Source: Saccostrea echinata (lineage: Eukaryota). Taken from it: DNA of 64,000 nt. The stretch spans positions 17,794,001 through 17,858,000 of the forward strand of contig NW_026889761.1 in the NCBI RefSeq assembly GCF_033153115.1, given 5' to 3'. This document shows positions 1-12,100 of this stretch, piece by piece. The notes under the pieces were generated by a model that searched no databases, had not been told where the DNA came from, and saw nothing but the letters and a program-made list of their open reading frames with translations. A program made the position numbers and the translations under genes. How positions within the stretch are numbered: the first letter of the stretch is position 1; each line of letters opens with the position of its first letter.

Positions 1-1900
1 AAAATACCATCAATGTTGTCCAAAAACAAGACAGTATCTATTTTCAAAAATAAATATGTCTTAAATTTAGTACAAGCAGGATGCCTAAATACAAAAATTA
101 CATTCACAAATAAAAATCTCTTCCAAAAAATGTGTACCCGATTTTTCTTCATTAAATCTCTTTATAACCAATTTCTGTAAATGCCTCAAATCGTTATCCC
201 CTATTTCATCGTCTGCCGTGTGATCCATGGATAAAAATGGCAACCTCTCTCCAAATTTGGTCAATGTGTTGCGTATTAAATCGCGAAGAGTTGTCTCTTC
301 TCTGTGTATAAATCACACTAATGAATGAGCTGTACATGTACACATATAAACAATCTGAATCGCCTCGGTAATGAAATCCGCCGCTTTACCTTAAATCTAC
401 TTTAAACACATTCCATTTGTCTTCCATGTAGAGACGACGACATACCTCCACCGCCAAACTTGTTTTTCCCATCCCACCCATACCGCATATTAGAAGTCCT
501 GAAGAAAAAATTCAGATTGATATCACATACGTTTGATACTAATGTAAATCATGTACTGTATCAGTAAATCAGTACGGTACCAATTTTGATGCACCAGATG
601 CGCATTTCGACAAATTACGTCTCTTCAGTGATGCTCATGCCGAAAGGTTGGAAATCCAATATATTTAAATAAAAAAGACTTTGAAGAGCTGAAAAAAGTG
701 CCAAAGACTGGAGCCATATACGTCGAAGGATTAGAGCTATGCATGAGGGAGATAATCCTTAATTTTGAAATAAATTTTTAATTTTTATCACAGTAATTGA
801 ATTTATATCCGTATTTTTAAACTAGTACCGAAGTACTAGGCTACTGGGCTGTAGAGATGCTAGGGGACAAACAGTCCACCAGCAGAGGCCTCGACCCAGG
901 GGTCATAATGTAAATCATACACGGTACCAATTTTGATGCACCAGATGCACAAATTACGTCTCTTCAATATCAATGACTAGAATAATTTGTAGCTACACAG
1001 TTACATGCAGATTTATATATGTATTTGTAGTTTGGGTAGAACATGTATTTGCGAACTAGAATATAAAGATATACAATGGAGTCTCGTTCATCCGGACTCC
1101 AATATAAACCCGGACGCTTCACCCTCTGGACCTTGTGGGGAACAAATATATATACTATATGCATTTTTCACTCAATTTAATGTCATATTCTTTCAATTTA
1201 TCTATGTATTGGCGAAGATCGTCGGCGACTTTAGTTGAACCATCATCAACATGAAGACTAACTTCTTCGGTCAGATTGATGAGGAATTCGACTACATGAA
1301 AATGTTCCCCAAAACTATTTTCAAGGGTCTGGAAAAATTGTTCTCCATTCTAAAAATAGAAAGAATTACAAGAAATAGTTTTTGTTGTTTTACAAAACAA
1401 ATCATACAATGTGTACCTCATATTATATTTGGAAATTATCGCCTCAATTCATTTCACCAACTCAAAATCTTGAAAGACTGTTGTAGTGTGCAATGGGTAA
1501 GGCATTGCCGGTAGCAACTTATATTTATTGTGTATTCACCAACATTTTAACCACACGCACTTGAGAAATAAAAATGTAAATATATTTAATATCCTGTTAT
1601 TTTGAGCAAAGAAAATGGCATATGAAAACTACTCGGTAAATAACATGTATATGAGATATTTATGTGTATGTCTTTCATACATTCTATGTTCAATATTAAT
1701 AGTTTAGTCATATATATCCCCTACATAGTATACATGATTAAATCATATCTGACCTTGACTTCTTGTCCCAGTTTAGCAGTGGATAAGGCAAAGAATTCTC
1801 GTTCTATGTCCTTGTCTGTATTGATGACCTCAATGAGACAATTTTTAATTCCATCCCAGGACTCTAGCGGCTGGTTCAAACCCCGTCTTAGACTCTGCAT
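1..1900 (-). CDS. NLR-like paralog B (DED-like + NB-ARC), 5' part; continues off the left edge; exon 2 truncated (possible pseudogene or DED-only isoform)
   Basis: Exons read by hand. 1900-1754 MQSLRRGLNQPLESWDGIKNCLIEVINTDKDIEREFFALSTAKLGQEVK (147 nt, same length and phase as paralog A exon 1). 1349-~1155 NGEQFFQTLENSFGEHFHVVEFLINLTEEVSLHVDDGSTKVADDLRQYIDKLKEYDIKLSEKCI* (TAG 1157-1155). 498-390 LLICGMGGMGKTSLAVEVCRRL (Walker A). 301-138 EETTLRDLIRNTL...KRFNEEKS. 37-<1 TVLFLDNIDGI (Walker B). Intact junctions are GT-AG with the same phases as paralog A; the exon 2 donor is unresolved. Confidence 0.85.
541..966 (-). mobile_element. Retrozyme-like element: ~347-nt unit with terminal direct repeat carrying a hammerhead ribozyme
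   Basis: The segment aatgtaaatcat..cggtaccaattttgatgcaccagatgc..caaattacgtctcttca occurs at ~541-626 and ~907-966 (gcacca at 591 and 938). The intact HHR is in the first copy; the second copy lacks gcatttcg. Confidence 0.8.
591..634 (-). ncRNA. Minimal type I hammerhead ribozyme
   Basis: Minus strand reads GCAUCA CUGAAGA GAC-guaauuu-GUC GAAA UGCGCA UC^ UGGUGC: stem I GCAUCA/UGGUGC, full catalytic core, stem II GAC/GUC, palindromic stem III AUGCGCAU, AUC cleavage triplet (cut between 597 and 596). Confidence 0.85.
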
Positions 1901-3507
1901 TACGTCAATCTTGATAATGTTACGTAAGCTATCCTGTTGAGGAACCTAAAATAGGACGATGAGATATAAATATATCTTAAATTGAGTTACAATCTGCGTA
2001 AGTAATTTTTGAAATAAGTTCAATGAATAACAAAGTATAAAACACTTGCTTTTATTATCCAATGTCCTTCTTTACATTTCTCTTTTTGTAGGTAAAAAAA
2101 ACTGCAATCGATTAACTCTTATAAACGAAACCTTTATACAGTGACTGGTTAAAATTTTCCTGTTTATTTTGAAAGCCACAAATCGGCAAGTACAAGCATT
2201 TTAAAAACAGCTTAATAATATGTACCATGTATTTAGAAAAAGGGCACTTCACTAAACAATCCATAGATTTATGTTATATGACACTTCCTCAGTAACGATA
2301 TACTTTATTATAGGCATTTAAATTCCAGGTTGAATAATACTTAAAAACACCGTAAAACTACAAATAACTAACGTAATGCAAACAAGATTTCAACATCATT
2401 TTTTTCCCATTTTTTTTTTATTTTTGAAGTAGTGGAAAAGAAAAAGATTACTGATATTCTACTTCGGTAATTAATTACATAAATACCTTGTAATCCTGCA
2501 GATTTTCTTTGCTAAATGTAGATACACTGCGGTGCATGCATAGACTAAAGGATATGTGCAAAACTTTGCATCGGTCCTATCTGGAAATGGACACTTTCCA
2601 AACCTACAAAAACCCTCTTCATTGAGCTAAGTATACGTTATCTCCTTTAAAATATTTGTCGTGCTAAAAACATATAAGTATCGACAGGATATTGTCCCTT
2701 ACAATATCTACAACACTCGTTTTCAACAACGTTTATCATTATAAAATGACACTACATACATTTTAACATGAAAATAGATCCCTTTTTAGGAGTATAATTC
2801 AACCATCACTTTATATTTTTTTGACACGCTATTTATCAATCACAATTACATTAGATATCATATGATACCTGTTCAGTAATAGCTAGTAGAACTTTAAAAA
2901 AAGTCCTAGAATAATTCAAGTTAGTTTAAAATAAATCGTTTCATTCGCGTAAGACAGTATCTACTTTGCTTTAATTATAATTAATTATAGACTGCATTCA
3001 ATCTCTGTGTCCTGTGGTCATTGAGAAGTCAAAAATCTAAAACGTTAACAGAGAGACAGGTGAAACAAAAACAAAGTATGATCGGAAAAGGCTCACGAGA
3101 GCCTTTGGTTCTGGTGAGTTATAAACAAACAGTGCACAAAAAACTAAAAATCTTTTATGTAATTTATTGCTACAAAAAGAAGTTTGAAATCCGTAATGGA
3201 GCATGGCATATAAAAGTATTATTAAAATCAACAATGAAAATGTTACACTCCTTTCATATCTTTCATCTGTAAATTTTTACTCATATCACAGACGGTAGAT
3301 CATTATTGATCCGAATAAAATCAAAGAAAAGAAACAAACTGGTGTGCAGTTGGAAGATAGGCATTTGAAAAAAATCACAAAAACATTCAATAATTGAAAA
3401 GCAATTAACACATACAATAAAGAGTTAACTTTGCAATTAACCGAACTGAATGATTGTTCGATAGTTTTGGGATAACCTACTCAAAAGCGGATGTTAGCGA
3501 AAATATT

Positions 3508-4419
3508 CTAATATGCATTGTTAGGACCCATGCATTGAATATTTTCATCAAAACCTTTTTGTCTTTTTAATGTACATGTGTTATGCCTGTCCGAAGATGA
3601 CCTCTTTTTAAGAAAATTGAAATGATTCAAGACACTTTTTTCACAAGAAGAGAATACATCTTCCTCCATTGACCCTGAGGGTATGAACGACAGCCTCGGT
3701 TTCGAATCAGAATCTGTCAAAGAGGGGAAACTCGTGATGGAATCTCCCATACCACTGTCTATAGACCCGCTGTGAAGGCTGCTTTCTGGCTTTCGTGTAC
3801 TTATAACGTTCATTGTTTCATCAGAATTTGTAACGCCCACACTTTCTGTGCATCCATCAAAACTCAGTGTTCTATCATCACATCTTTTAATAACTGAGAT
3901 TTCCTCCTCGGATGTTATACTGAGAAATGAAGATTCAGAGTCGGATGATGGCGAATCAGACCCTTCATTGCTTTGATCAGTTGAAAATGAAGAAAGTTCA
4001 TTGTCTAGGTCCATACTTTGATTACGGAGGATTTTCTTGTTAAGTTTTCCAGCTTCAAAATCCTGTTTGCATAAAAAAGAACTAACATATATTGTACTGG
4101 ACATCAAACGATCAAAAGTCATAATATGTATTCAATTTGGATATCATTAGTTAATATTATTTATACCTTGTAGAAATATGGTCTTACCAGATAGAAGCCA
4201 TTCACTTGTTCAATTTCCCTCTGATCCTTATTCAGTTGTCTTAAAACTATCTTGTGATTCTTCTTTATTTGATCGTAAAGAATTTTGTTCTTCTGCCAGT
4301 TGAAAAATCCTCCTTGTTCAATCTGTCTTTGAATCTCCTTGTAGTTAGCATCAGCTCTGGCAAGGAAAGATGCTGCCTCTGTCGCTTTATACAGTAAAAA
4401 AAAATAATAGATAAGTGAA

Positions 4420-4508
<89 letters not shown>

Positions 4509-7500
4509 GTGTGTAATATAAAAAAAGTTAATATACAATACGTACAAGGCTCCCTTAATTTCAACAAGTGCGTTGCTTTCTGGACGAACAGGGAACTTAT
4601 ATCTTGGTAGGACGATATCAGATTTATATGGGGTGGATGTACATATTGTTTCCATATATTCAAACTTTCTTGTAAATCTTTTTCCGAAGCTTCGAATTTC
4701 CCTTGTAAAAGGTAAAGTTTGCCCCTCATTTTAAGAATTTTGGCTCTTTTTTCCGCTCTTGCTGTTTCCATAGAAAGAGCAGTATTATAGTAAATCTCTG
4801 CTTCTTGTAAGGCATCCTCACGTAGACGGTCTTGATCCCACTCCTTTAAGAATGCACTTCCTATGTTAGTCAGGAAAATGTCTTTATCGATGAAATCATC
4901 GTGTTCTCTTTCGACTGTTGTGAGAGCTCTTGAGTGGTATTCTCTCGCAGTTTTATATTCCTTGGATTTAAAGGCAATAACTCCCATTAAATTGTAAATA
5001 TTTGCAATCTGTGACCAACAGTCCCTTTCCTTTTTCATTGTTGTACATAATGCCATTTCAAGGTACTGTTTGGCTTCACCGTAATTTTCAAGCATGCTTA
5101 GATAACGAGCATGCATAGTCCAGAACCCACCAAGAATCAATGCAGAAGGGTAATCCTTAACCCTTCGTTTGTTTTTCACATAATTAGCTGCTTTTGAGAG
5201 TTGTTCATGTTCAATTATTGTAGAATCAATTTCGGTCAAAATTCTTTGGCAGCTCTCCATTCTTTCATTATCAAAATAAAGTTTTGCCAGACAAGTTTTA
5301 TAATAAACAAGGTCTAATACCTTGTCATCTTCTTCAGCGTTAGAAATCATATTTTTATAATATTGACATCGGCGAGTGGTGTCCAAAATCAGATCCGTTA
5401 ACCATTCAGTATTGACAACACTTAATGCACTGGGGAGATCTCTTAAATTAGGTTTAGGATTTGTATGTAAATCCATGACATATTCGTAGAAAGTGTGAAA
5501 ATGAGGTTCGTATTTGGCAATGGTCCTTAGCGATTCAGCAGAAGCCATTTTTGCCGTTTTTGAGACAGTTTTGTAGATATACTCGACATATCTTTCCCTT
5601 GCATTGTTAACAAGGACTTGATATTGTGCCTCCTTGGATTTTAAGAATTGATAAACTAGTGGATGAATATAATAGCATTTTGATGAATATGCTTTTTGTG
5701 AAGACTTTTCTTTTATAATTTGATCATTTGACTCTGATTTAAATAAAGTTCCGATGGATGATTCTAGGAAATGATATCGTTTCAAATAGACGATCTCCCA
5801 TTCCATGCTTGCCTTTCCTGAATTTGTGCTTCTACCACAAACAAACTTTGCAGCCTCGATATCAAACTTTATTGTTCGAAAAACAAACAGTTGCATAAGG
5901 GTGCACGTTATTTTATTTTGTTTACCCGATTTGTCAAGCACTGAGAAGGATTGTTGTAGACAAGACTCTATTCCAATGATATTGTTTTGAATTGCAGAGT
6001 TGGTGCACAGTGAAAAGGTTTCTGTTAGTTTACTCGGAGATATGTCCTTTAATACACTGCTAAGAGAAAGCATGGCCAATGGACAGTACGAACAGATGGA
6101 TGCCATCTTCTTTATGTCTTCCTCTTTCTGGATAAAAAGTAGAAATAACAGTCATCAGTGTATGATATTTTCAAATTAAATCTTATTTCTGTTAATAAAT
6201 TTATGGATCAATTAAATCATTACTACAATTAATTAATTATTTTTTATTCATTATTCTTTACACAGTAAGTTGTACTAACACATTGTATATTTTGCTGGGT
6301 CAACTCCTGCTTGAAAAGTGTTATCGCATGTTGCTCAGAAAGCTCTTGAAGTTTAATTTCGACGAAGACTTCTCGAAGAATCCGAGCTTTCTCGGTTGAC
6401 GGGAGACTTGGACGAGAGGTTATTAAAACCCTTGTCTAAAAGATAAAAGTTTGAAAAAAAAACCCTTTCAGAACAAATAAACTTATTATTTCATCCTATT
6501 CAGAAAAAGGAATAAAAATTATCAGAAGTAAATATATACGTTATTCTCTCTATAAAGGCATATTTAAAAGCAAATCACGTCAAGAAATATCATAAATGTA
6601 AATTATATGACTCATTACCTTCCCTTGATGCATTTCATCCTCCTCGGCTTCAATAAGCATATTTACCAATTTATTTAGAAAGCTAATAACGTCTCCCTCA
6701 TTACTCGCTAAAATGTCATCCATATTGTCTAAAAGGAACACTTTATTCTGCTCTGCAAAAAATTAAGTCTCAATTTGTTATTCATTTGGACATAGTTTTG
6801 GTTTTTCGTCATGATGTCATCTTGATTTACAATAATAAGATATACATTTCTGTGTGCTCTTGTGTGTAGCAAGAATTGCTTTCATTGTCTCAAATTTATT
6901 TAATTATTCAATTCGCATAAAAAGTAACAAATCAAGCATACTTAATATAGAGTAAATAGTAGAGAAATTGATTATTATTGTTATTTTGGGATTGTTACAA
7001 TTTACCTGAGCTTTCACAACATCTTTTAATCAAAAGATGTCTCCGTGAATCTTGATTAATATCTTCAAAATAGTCCTCCTCATCTAATTTACTTGCGGAC
7101 TCCAAGTCTCCATCTGATAATTCTTCTCTATTTGACGTCATCAACAATTCTCCAAGCAGAATGAGTGCACTTCTAACGAGATCTCGCACGTGTTTCTGTT
7201 CCCTTGTAAATAAGACTTACAATGAATCACTTTAAATTTTTATTTTAATATCCCAAACCCCTTTCAGACATAGATTTATTCAAGTCTCATAGTTTGGTAG
7301 ACAGATGAAATAAAATGGTAAGAATGTTTTTGCCTCAGAAAAAAAATGAGGATACATGGAGTTACCTCACACGATATAGTTCACTTAATTTCAAGTATAA
7401 AAGTATAAAAACTAAAAACTTAAATGTTTCATTAAAATGAACATTGACTGAAATGACACTTTCGTTTACTATAGTCAGATAGTTCTGGGTGTAAACACAA

Positions 7501-8834
7501 CGTAAAACAAATAAGTGCATTAAAATCACAAATTAAATTATTAAGGTAGGACATCTTTCTATAACTCACTCATGATAGCAATTAAACAAGTTAACAGTAT
7601 GCAATTCTTTGCGGCAACTAGTACCTTAATTCGACTTTTAGGATCCTCCAATTTGCTGTTTCTCCTGACAACCTCCTACAAACTTCGTCAGCAACACTGG
7701 TTTTCCCCATTCCACCCAATCCGCAAATCCACACACCTACAATAAACAATATTTACACACTGATTGTCGATGGATTTTTCGGTTATTTCCCGATCATGAC
7801 AAGGAGCATACGGTGGGTGAAACCGGTCGGCAGGGAATGCTCACTCCTCCAGGGCACCTAATCCCACCTCTGATGTCTTAGAGGTCCGTGTTTGCAATGC
7901 TCCTATTTTGTAATGTTAAATGGACTTTTTAGCCCGAATACTGTTCGTTACCTCCACATATTTCATTGAAGTCAGAAATAACAGATCCACATGTCACAAG
8001 TAACAAGTGAAAATAAAAAATACAAATTCCAGCATACATTGATATATACTTCACCTTTACTTTGCTGATTTTGGAGAGAATCCATGGCTTTTTGTATCTC
8101 CTCTTCTCTCCCAATGAGGTCACATTTACTCCAGATTTTCAATTGCTTCATTTTCTCGTCGTTCTTCCTGCGTTGCTCTGTGTATTCTTTTAGAATTGAG
8201 GGCAAGGAGGTTGTGCCCTCATCCAAATGCAGTTTTGTTTCTGTTGTTAAGTGGATCAAAAACTCGACGACAGCATCCCTTTTATGTTCGAAATGCCCAT
8301 CTAAAGCCTCGAAATAGCTTATACCGTCCTGTACAATATCGACAGACAAAAATTTTTAAAATGTTTTCAAAATTACTTTTTTTTTTTTTTTTTTTGAAAG
8401 TACAGATTTCTCGACTCTGACCTTGTGTATCATGTGCAACTTTTAAAATTTGTATGATAGCATTAAAGAAGAACAATTTAAATATATCGTGTACAATGAA
8501 TTTTCATATCTTCAACATGATGTTTTCAAAAAAATCAAAAAACAAAATACTCGAGGTTGTATTCCTCCATTGTACTTTCATCAACAAATAATGAGTTAAC
8601 AGAAGACTTCAAATGAAATTTTGCAACATTGTTTACAAACAAAATTCTACTGAAAACTTTTGAAATAATATTTTTAAACTTTCTTACCGTAACTTTGCCA
8701 GTCTTAGATTGTGACAGTTGAAAAAGTTCACGCCGTGTTACATTATCGGAGTCTATCACATCAATCAGGGTCAACCGGAACTTGTCCCAGGGGTCGATCT
8801 GGGTCATATTAGGTCCAACGTTCTCAGAGAACAT
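3508..8834 (-). CDS. NLR-like STAND protein A: DED-like death fold - NB-ARC - TPR - Ser-rich tail (~1117 aa, 9 exons)
   Basis: Exons 8834-8688, 8328-8055, 7736-7625, 7202-7006, 6752-6619, 6435-6280, 6127-4546, 4384-4188, 4062-3508; total 3354 nt, open frame, GT-AG. Motifs: LIGREEEI, Walker A GLGGMGKT (7722-7699), Walker B VFLLDNMDD, RVLITSR, LQELSEQHAITLF, YCPLA (GxP-like), IHPLV (MHD-like), and TPR helices such as IANIYNLMGVIAFKSKEYKTAREYHSRAL and RAKILKMRGKLYLLQGKFEASEKDLQESL. Confidence 0.9.
4423..4504. repeat. (TA)n microsatellite in intron 7 of NLR-like gene A
   Basis: About 41 TA units; explains the YIYIYI runs in the ORF track. Confidence 0.98.
7759..7966 (+). mobile_element. 3' tail fragment of a Penelope-like (Naiad-type) retroelement in NLR intron 2
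   Basis: cccgatcatgacaaggag..ggtcggcaggg..atgctcactcctcc..cacctaatcccacctctgatg..gaggtccgtgtttgc matches the tail that follows the RT relics at 16855-17030 and 54040-54200. Confidence 0.75.
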
Positions 8835-9166
8835 CTTTTCTCTTCCTCAATGTATTAGCATCTTTCTCATAGAGTCGTTTTTCTTCCTCTTTCCTGGGTG
8901 GTAGAACCACGTTAGTTAAGCTTTATCTGAACAGTACGTTTTGTAATCTTAATCAAAAGCCTTATGTCATCTACAGTCATCTGAATAACATCCTAGTTTT
9001 CGATTGGGTACACGGGAAAACAATAAGGAAAGGATTTATTTCCATTATTAGGTTCTCTGTCTCACTTATCTCTGTGCATTACAGGCACAGAAAGCAATGT
9101 GTGAATAAAATAATTTGTCAATTCAGTTGACCAGTGGAGTTGAAAATCCGCTCCCCTCATTTGTGC

Positions 9167-9190
9167 AGAGAGAGAGAGAGAGAGAGAGAG
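9167..9190. repeat. (AG)n microsatellite
   Basis: Direct observation. Confidence 0.95.
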
Positions 9191-12100
9191 ATTTACGTCT
9201 AATGTGTTCTGAATAAAACAAATAGTTCAAAAGAACTCTACAATATCTACCCATTCTACTTGCTAGATAGAATATTCGCTTTCATCTTTAACCTTTACTC
9301 CATCTCCCCTCCCCCGCCATCCACATCCCAAAGCTTACAAATTTCCAAAGTGTTTTCATTTATTAGTGAATAAAAGAAAATACTCTACTTAATTTACAAA
9401 ATTTACGATAAATAACATGCAAGGTTTCAATTTGATATCTACAAAAGATTCAAAAGAAACTTTGGCTATACCATTTTATGAGATTAAAAAGTTGTTCATC
9501 ATCAGGGTTCCCGCTATCGAAATCTGGCAAGGTTTATTTCAGAACTGGTCAAAATTGTTCTCTGGCCCAGAAAATAAAATTATATATACTATACAATATT
9601 CATGTACATAATTTATTGAAACTACTAAGAACTCGTAGTTTGATCGTATGCACAGCATTCTTTAGATTCGTGTGGATTTTCTAATCACATGCATACAATG
9701 TAATAGTTTTTGGAATGAACAAGGTATTGATAACTACTGTCCTGCAATATTGCAACTGTTCACCCCCGTATAAACCAAGAAAGTATCTCATTGTTTAAAA
9801 ATTCCCCCTGTCATGCCAGGTTACATTACCTGATAAAAATGCAATGATAAACTGTTTTGAGTTTGTTTTGATGGCTGGAATATTATGTCAAAATCTGTGT
9901 AGTCCTCAAAAAAGGTCTAATGAGTGAAAACACACGCATAGGGATGGTCGAGAGAGATGTTTGTATATAATTTTCTTCATTTTTTGTATTCTTTTTACAA
10001 TGCATTGCCTTGAGTAATTTTCATATTTTGTATTTTTCAAACCAGGTGTTGTTGGCGTCTTACAATTTTGAAATTGTATGCATTTTTAATGTTTTTTATC
10101 TAAGTTGTATAATGGCTTCATTATTTTTTACACTTTATAAACGGGCTTATTTTATTGATAATTTGGATTCAAGAGAAAAGATTAAAATCCAATTACAGCA
10201 AAGGAAGCTCCGGAAAATTATTTATTATGCAATTTAACAGCACAATTAAATGAAAATTGTAATTTGCAGATAGAAATTACAAAATACGGTTGAAAATGAT
10301 TATACAATATAAAATCATCTAATATAAAAAAAATGTATTTTCATAACTAGAAGAAAAGATTAATAGTTGAATTGTTTTACATCAGCTCATCAAGAAAGAT
10401 CACATGCACAAAGACATTATTGAGAAAAAAAATGAAATTTGTCTTTGATTTTGCAATACCAGTTTGAACAAGTTTGGTTTGTCTCAGCTTAGGAATTCAA
10501 CTATCGATCCATTTGCCAGTCATGGTTAGATTTTCTTTTTTTTTTCAATTATGTAAATATATTTTTTTCCATTTCAAAGTGATTTTAAAAGCATTATAGT
10601 TTCTTCTTTTAACATAAATTTGAAAAACAAAAATGACAAAATTATCTATTTCCCATTTGCACTCTAAATTTAAGTAAGTTAAAAAAACGTTTTATGCGAG
10701 GAAAAATTGTTAGGTAACCGTAACGGTAGGTCGATATGCATAAAGTAACACCCAGATCAAAATAATGCAAATTAAAAATTGTATTTGTTACAACCACTTG
10801 TTACACTTGCAAATGAACAAGGCATTGTCTATACTTATATGATTTTATAATGTTAGAACGCACTGCTGAATGGTCTTGTGTTGGTTTTCTTTATATATAA
10901 AGGAGGACGCCATGATTTGATCATTATCTGAATTAGTATATCATGCCCTACTCGTACTTCATACTTAAAATGGTTTACACCAAATGCTGGGTCTTTTGTC
11001 ACTAAAGAATATATCATTAATTATGCATTATAAGATCATTAGGAAAGCATTGTATAATTTTTCATCTTTTTTTTTTTTATATTAAATCAAGGTTAGAATC
11101 AAGCAGGAACAAGTCAATTTTACGTTGCACTTGATCACACGTTACAACTTTTTAGATAACACATCGTGAATCGACATGTGTGTTTGTGACCTACATATAC
11201 TTAAATTTTTAAAAAGCTAGTATACTACGTTGTTTTTCAATTGTTTACACTTTTACACAGCTTAAATAAGTGACTGTCATTTTTTCTTAAATCTTAAATT
11301 CTTCACAAAGAACACATTCTTACCTAACTGTGATATTCTCCGGAGGACTTCCTTCTTCTGGACAGATATTTAATACAAACATGAAACATTACATGCATAG
11401 TGCATTGATTATCTGGCGGTCGACTGTTGACGATGACATCACAGCACTATTTTTTTTCTAGCCATTCAAGCATTTCAGGATATTTCTCCTGAGGTTTTCA
11501 AGTGGGCCCGCATTGGAAAAATGGGACCCTGGAAAAGCATTACGCTGGGTATTGGATCTAAGGATTCTATATTGGAAGGTTTGATCATGCTGTGAAAAGT
11601 GTTTTGAAGTTGAATTACATGTGTAATCTTTTTTCCAAAAAAAAAAAAAGAATCAAAAGATAAAACACCTTATTGTAATTTGTAGATTAAAAATCTGTAG
11701 GAATAAATGATAGGAGATTACTTGACAATTATACCGATGGCATTTTAATAGGAAAATATACGCTCCAGTACTATTTAATTGACGTAAGCTGCAATTGCAA
11801 TCAATGCTAGTATTTGCATTCAAGATCTTTTAAATCAATTATCCATAATAATGCTTCCAAAGATCCAGAATTAAGATACAAGAATAAAGTTACACGTACT
11901 TTTTAGTTGCAGTGAAACTTTGCATAATAAGACAGACTGAGTTTCCTGCAGAATACACCTGGAATCAATTCACTTGTAATTTACAGCTGTGTTGCATGTG
12001 TTTTGTGTTACTGTAGAAAACAAGGGAAACTCCGAACCTTTTACAAGCATGGCCATGAACTTTACGCTTACATATTTTTAACATTGAAATTAATTATTAT

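Noticed and set aside
938-966. Second functional hammerhead
   Set aside because: An 8-nt deletion removes GAAA and part of stem III, and the CUGA core/stem I side is truncated.
2487-2603. Extra coding exon of paralog B
   Set aside because: It has AG/GT edges, but the only open frame joins the next exon out of frame; more likely a 5' UTR exon, unproven.
4161-4655. YIYIYI-repeat protein segments in ORFs 4161-4655 and 4265-6106
   Set aside because: Translation through an intronic (TA)n; splicing 4546 to 4384 gives a coherent frame.
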